Source: Escherichia coli | Lineage (GTDB): Bacteria; Pseudomonadota; Gammaproteobacteria; Enterobacterales; Enterobacteriaceae | NCBI RefSeq assembly: GCF_050920415.1 | Contig: NZ_CP169309.1 | Length of the DNA: 64,000 bases | Strand: one strand, 5' to 3' | Shown: one piece after another, positions 61,328 through 64,000 of the stretch | How the letters are laid out: every line of letters starts with the position of its first letter | Numbering within the stretch: position 1 is the stretch's first letter | The notes under the pieces: model-generated | The model's input: the letters and a program-made list of their open reading frames with translations, nothing else | Databases searched by the model: none | Told to the model about the DNA's origin: nothing | Program-made: the position numbers and the translations under genes

Positions 61328-61846
61328 TTATGCTTCCAGCGGTGCACGCCAGTCATCGGCACCAGAAGTACCGGATTTGATGTGCTCCCACTCAACCTTA
61401 CGGTAGGCCAGTGATACTGCGAGCAATTGCGTAAACTCACGCTGTGCAGGGTCCTGGCAGTGCGGCATATGCAGGTTCATGTCCACAATCGTCGCGTCAG
61501 TAAGACGTGTGGTGAAGTAGTGCTCCTGCTTGCCTTCAACAGAGGTACGCCACCAGTGCAGCTCCACTTTCGGCAGCATTTCACCGGAGGCCAGCGCGTT
61601 GTACAGCAGCGGAACGGCTTTGTTCAGCGCCACGGTGAAAATGAACGGTTTGTGAGCACGCTGCCCGGAAGGCTGACCAGACTGCGGATCGGTTGGAACA
61701 GTAACGTTATGCAGAAACTCCTGCACCAGCATTTCATCTTCGTGTCCCTGCACGTAGATATTGCCGACAGAATCTGCGGTGAAAGCACCGGCAGTGATGT
61801 TCCCCTGGGTCTGACCTGTAATTGAAATGTAACATGGGGTTGGCAT
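61328..61846 (-). CDS. hcp: Type VI secretion tube protein Hcp
   Basis: 172 aa; N-terminus MPTPCYISITGQTQG… and overall size typical of Hcp. Confidence 0.9.
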   Translation of the reverse strand: MPTPCYISITGQTQGNITAGAFTADSVGNIYVQGHEDEMLVQEFLHNVTVPTDPQSGQPSGQRAHKPFIFTVALNKAVPLLYNALASGEMLPKVELHWWRTSVEGKQEHYFTTRLTDATIVDMNLHMPHCQDPAQREFTQLLAVSLAYRKVEWEHIKSGTSGADDWRAPLEA

Positions 61847-62547
61847 TTATGAACTCCTTGTGAAATTATCAACTGCTGTTTTACGAACAACCCGTCGTTA
61901 ATCCCCGACAGGTTAGAGTGTGATGCGGCTCACATCAGGAACCACACCCTTTTCTTTATTCGAGTTACAGGCACACGTAATTAGCACCTACCGAAAAACT
62001 CTTTTATGGTGTTTAAATATATTTTTAGTCAATTTCAGAACACGGTCACATAAGCTAAAAATATATCAACATCAACAGTAGAATTATCCATAACGTATCC
62101 TTACCCCCATAAAAACCTACAATTTCGTCAAAAATCAATTATTACAACACTTACTTCACCATCGTTCCGGCACGCAATTAAGATATTCCTTAAAGAAATT
62201 TCTTATGATGTATTGCTAGCAATTAATTAATTTATAAAACCATACATAAAACTTATTAATCAATTTAATAAACACATATAAATCAATATGTTATGGCGCT
62301 TTATTGGCCGTAAAATTATATTCGCCAAGTCTATAAATACCAAATTGATTTCACTATCATGTATTAATAATGAAGGATACATCTCTTTCAAAAATATAAA
62401 TAGTTCTTTTAATATTTTATTTCACGAGTAGAATACCGATCACAACAGAAGGAAGGTTACATTATCTAACTGCCACTGAAACGGTATTGTCGGTATTTGT
62501 ATGCAGTACGAAAATGCTGTGCTCATGGCCTGAACGGGAACATTTTT

Positions 62548-63051
62548 ATGAGCAAAATGAACAACAATGGCGGCAGTGTCGCGCCGAAAGAAAGAATCAG
62601 CGTTCGGTATACACCAAAAGTTGATGGGGTGGCTGCTGATATCGAATTGCCGCTGAATTTATTGATCACCGGCAATCTGAAAGGGAAACCAGATAACACG
62701 CCGTTGGATGAGCGAACTGCCATTGCTATCAACCGCTATAACCTCAACGCAGTCATTTCAGAAGCTGACATTGAACGGGAGTTTGTTGTTCCGGCTGAAC
62801 TCAGTGACGCACCCAATGAGCAAATGTACGTCAACCTGAAAGTCAAATCTATGGATGACCTTTCTCCTGACCATATTGCCAGCCAGGTACCAGAAATAAA
62901 ACGTCTGCTCGAATTGCGTGAAGCCCTGGTCGCACTTAAGTCTCCACTAGGCAATATTCCGGCCTTCCGCGCACAACTTCAGGCGCTACTGGAAAACGAA
63001 GACAGCCGCGAGCAGCTGATCCAGGAACTGGGTATCGCCGTTCAGAAATAA
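62548..63051 (+). CDS. tssB: Type VI secretion sheath small subunit TssB (VipA-like)
   Basis: Start at internal Met (MSKMNNNGG…), 167 aa; conserved TssB core (…ELPLNLLITGNL…). Confidence 0.85.
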   Translation: MSKMNNNGGSVAPKERISVRYTPKVDGVAADIELPLNLLITGNLKGKPDNTPLDERTAIAINRYNLNAVISEADIEREFVVPAELSDAPNEQMYVNLKVKSMDDLSPDHIASQVPEIKRLLELREALVALKSPLGNIPAFRAQLQALLENEDSREQLIQELGIAVQK

Positions 63052-63073
63052 TTTTCACAGAAGGATATTCAGT

Positions 63074-64000
63074 ATGTCAGTAAAGGAAGAAATTGCTCCC
63101 GTCAGCGCGTCTCAAACCGCCGCGCCCCCATCTCTGCTTGATGAAATCATGGCGCAAACCCGCGTCCAGCCTAAATCAGAAAGCTACGATATCACCCGCC
63201 AGGGCGTGAGCGCCTTTATTGCCGCCATGTTACAGGGCGACAGTAGCGCTGAACCTATCAATATCCTGGCCGTTGACGCCATGATTGCTGATATTGATGC
63301 CCGAACCAGCAGGCAGATGGATGCCATTATTCATGCCCCGGAGTTTCAGGAACTGGAATCCCTGCTGCGCTCGCTGAAGCTGCTGGTTGAACGCGCGGAT
63401 ACACGGGAAAACATCAAAGTCCATTTCCTGAATGTCACTCAGGAAGAACTGCTGGATGATTTCGAATTTGCACCTGAAATCACGCAGTCTGCGTATTACA
63501 AGCATGTATATTCAAGCGGTTACGGACAATTTGGCGGTGAGCCAGTGGCGGCGGTAATCGGCAACTTTGCCTTTAAGAACACCACGCCGAATATGAAGTT
63601 GCTGAAATATATCAGCCAGGTCAGTGCGATGGCGCACAGCCCGTTCCTCTCATCAGTATCATCCGAATTTTTCGGTCTGGACTCATGGACAGAGCTACCA
63701 GGGATCAAAGAACCAGGAGCCATCTTTGAAGGCCCGGCCTATTCCCGCTGGCGTGCCTTGCGTGAATCTGAAGATTCACGCTACCTGGGGCTGACTGCCC
63801 CCCGGTTCCTGCTGCGTCACCCTTACTCGCCAGATGAGAACCCAGCCAGGACCTTCCGTTACCATGAAGACGTCAGCCAGAGTCACGAGTCTTATTTGTG
63901 GGGGAACACCTCGTTTTTACTAGCTGCGAACCTGGCTGAAAGTTTTGCTAAATATCGCTGGTGTCCCAATATCATTGGCCCTTCCAGCGGCGGCGCAGTC
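63074..64000 (+). CDS. tssC: Type VI secretion sheath large subunit TssC (VipB-like), 3'-truncated by window end
   Basis: ATG at 63074 after a GGA-rich Shine-Dalgarno; translation MSVKEEIAPVSASQ…AVIGNFAFKNTTPNMKLLKYISQVSAMAHSPF… is typical of TssC; the frame stays open to the window end. Confidence 0.85.
   Translation, partial: MSVKEEIAPVSASQTAAPPSLLDEIMAQTRVQPKSESYDITRQGVSAFIAAMLQGDSSAEPINILAVDAMIADIDARTSRQMDAIIHAPEFQELESLLRSLKLLVERADTRENIKVHFLNVTQEELLDDFEFAPEITQSAYYKHVYSSGYGQFGGEPVAAVIGNFAFKNTTPNMKLLKYISQVSAMAHSPFLSSVSSEFFGLDSWTELPGIKEPGAIFEGPAYSRWRALRESEDSRYLGLTAPRFLLRHPYSPDENPARTFRYHEDVSQSHESYLWGNTSFLLAANLAESFAKYRWCPNIIGPSSGGAV

Overview
This window looks like an Escherichia coli-type chromosome segment (REP/BIME elements; core genes yafL, yafK, yafJ, gmhA, fadE, ivy, yafV) carrying three accessory blocks. 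(1) Positions 1-39210 hold an apparently intact Flag-2 lateral-flagellar locus (lafF' through lfhA), which in E. coli K-12 is reduced to lfhA/lafU remnants. Embedded in it are an AT-rich EcoRII-like restriction-modification cassette between lfgA and lfgM, a putative flagellin-modification module (three-domain glycosyltransferase plus TagD-like cytidylyltransferase), and an uncharacterised AT-rich two-gene module whose first product has a caspase-like His...Cys dyad. Three copies of a ~120-bp palindromic intergenic repeat also lie here. (2) Positions 39.2-47.4 kb are core genes preceded by a HicAB-like toxin-antitoxin pair with candidate operator repeats. (3) Positions 47.4-64 kb are a mosaic island: ISAs1 (H-repeat) remnants, two hypothetical genes, a group II intron with a frameshifted reverse transcriptase, and the start of a type VI secretion cluster (tle1 with three tandem tli lipoprotein genes, a DUF4123 adaptor, vgrG split by a decayed IS21-family element, hcp, and divergent tssB-tssC). 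All calls rest on reading the six-frame translations and the nucleotide sequence by eye; no searches were run, and start codons, element boundaries and family assignments are stated with that limit.
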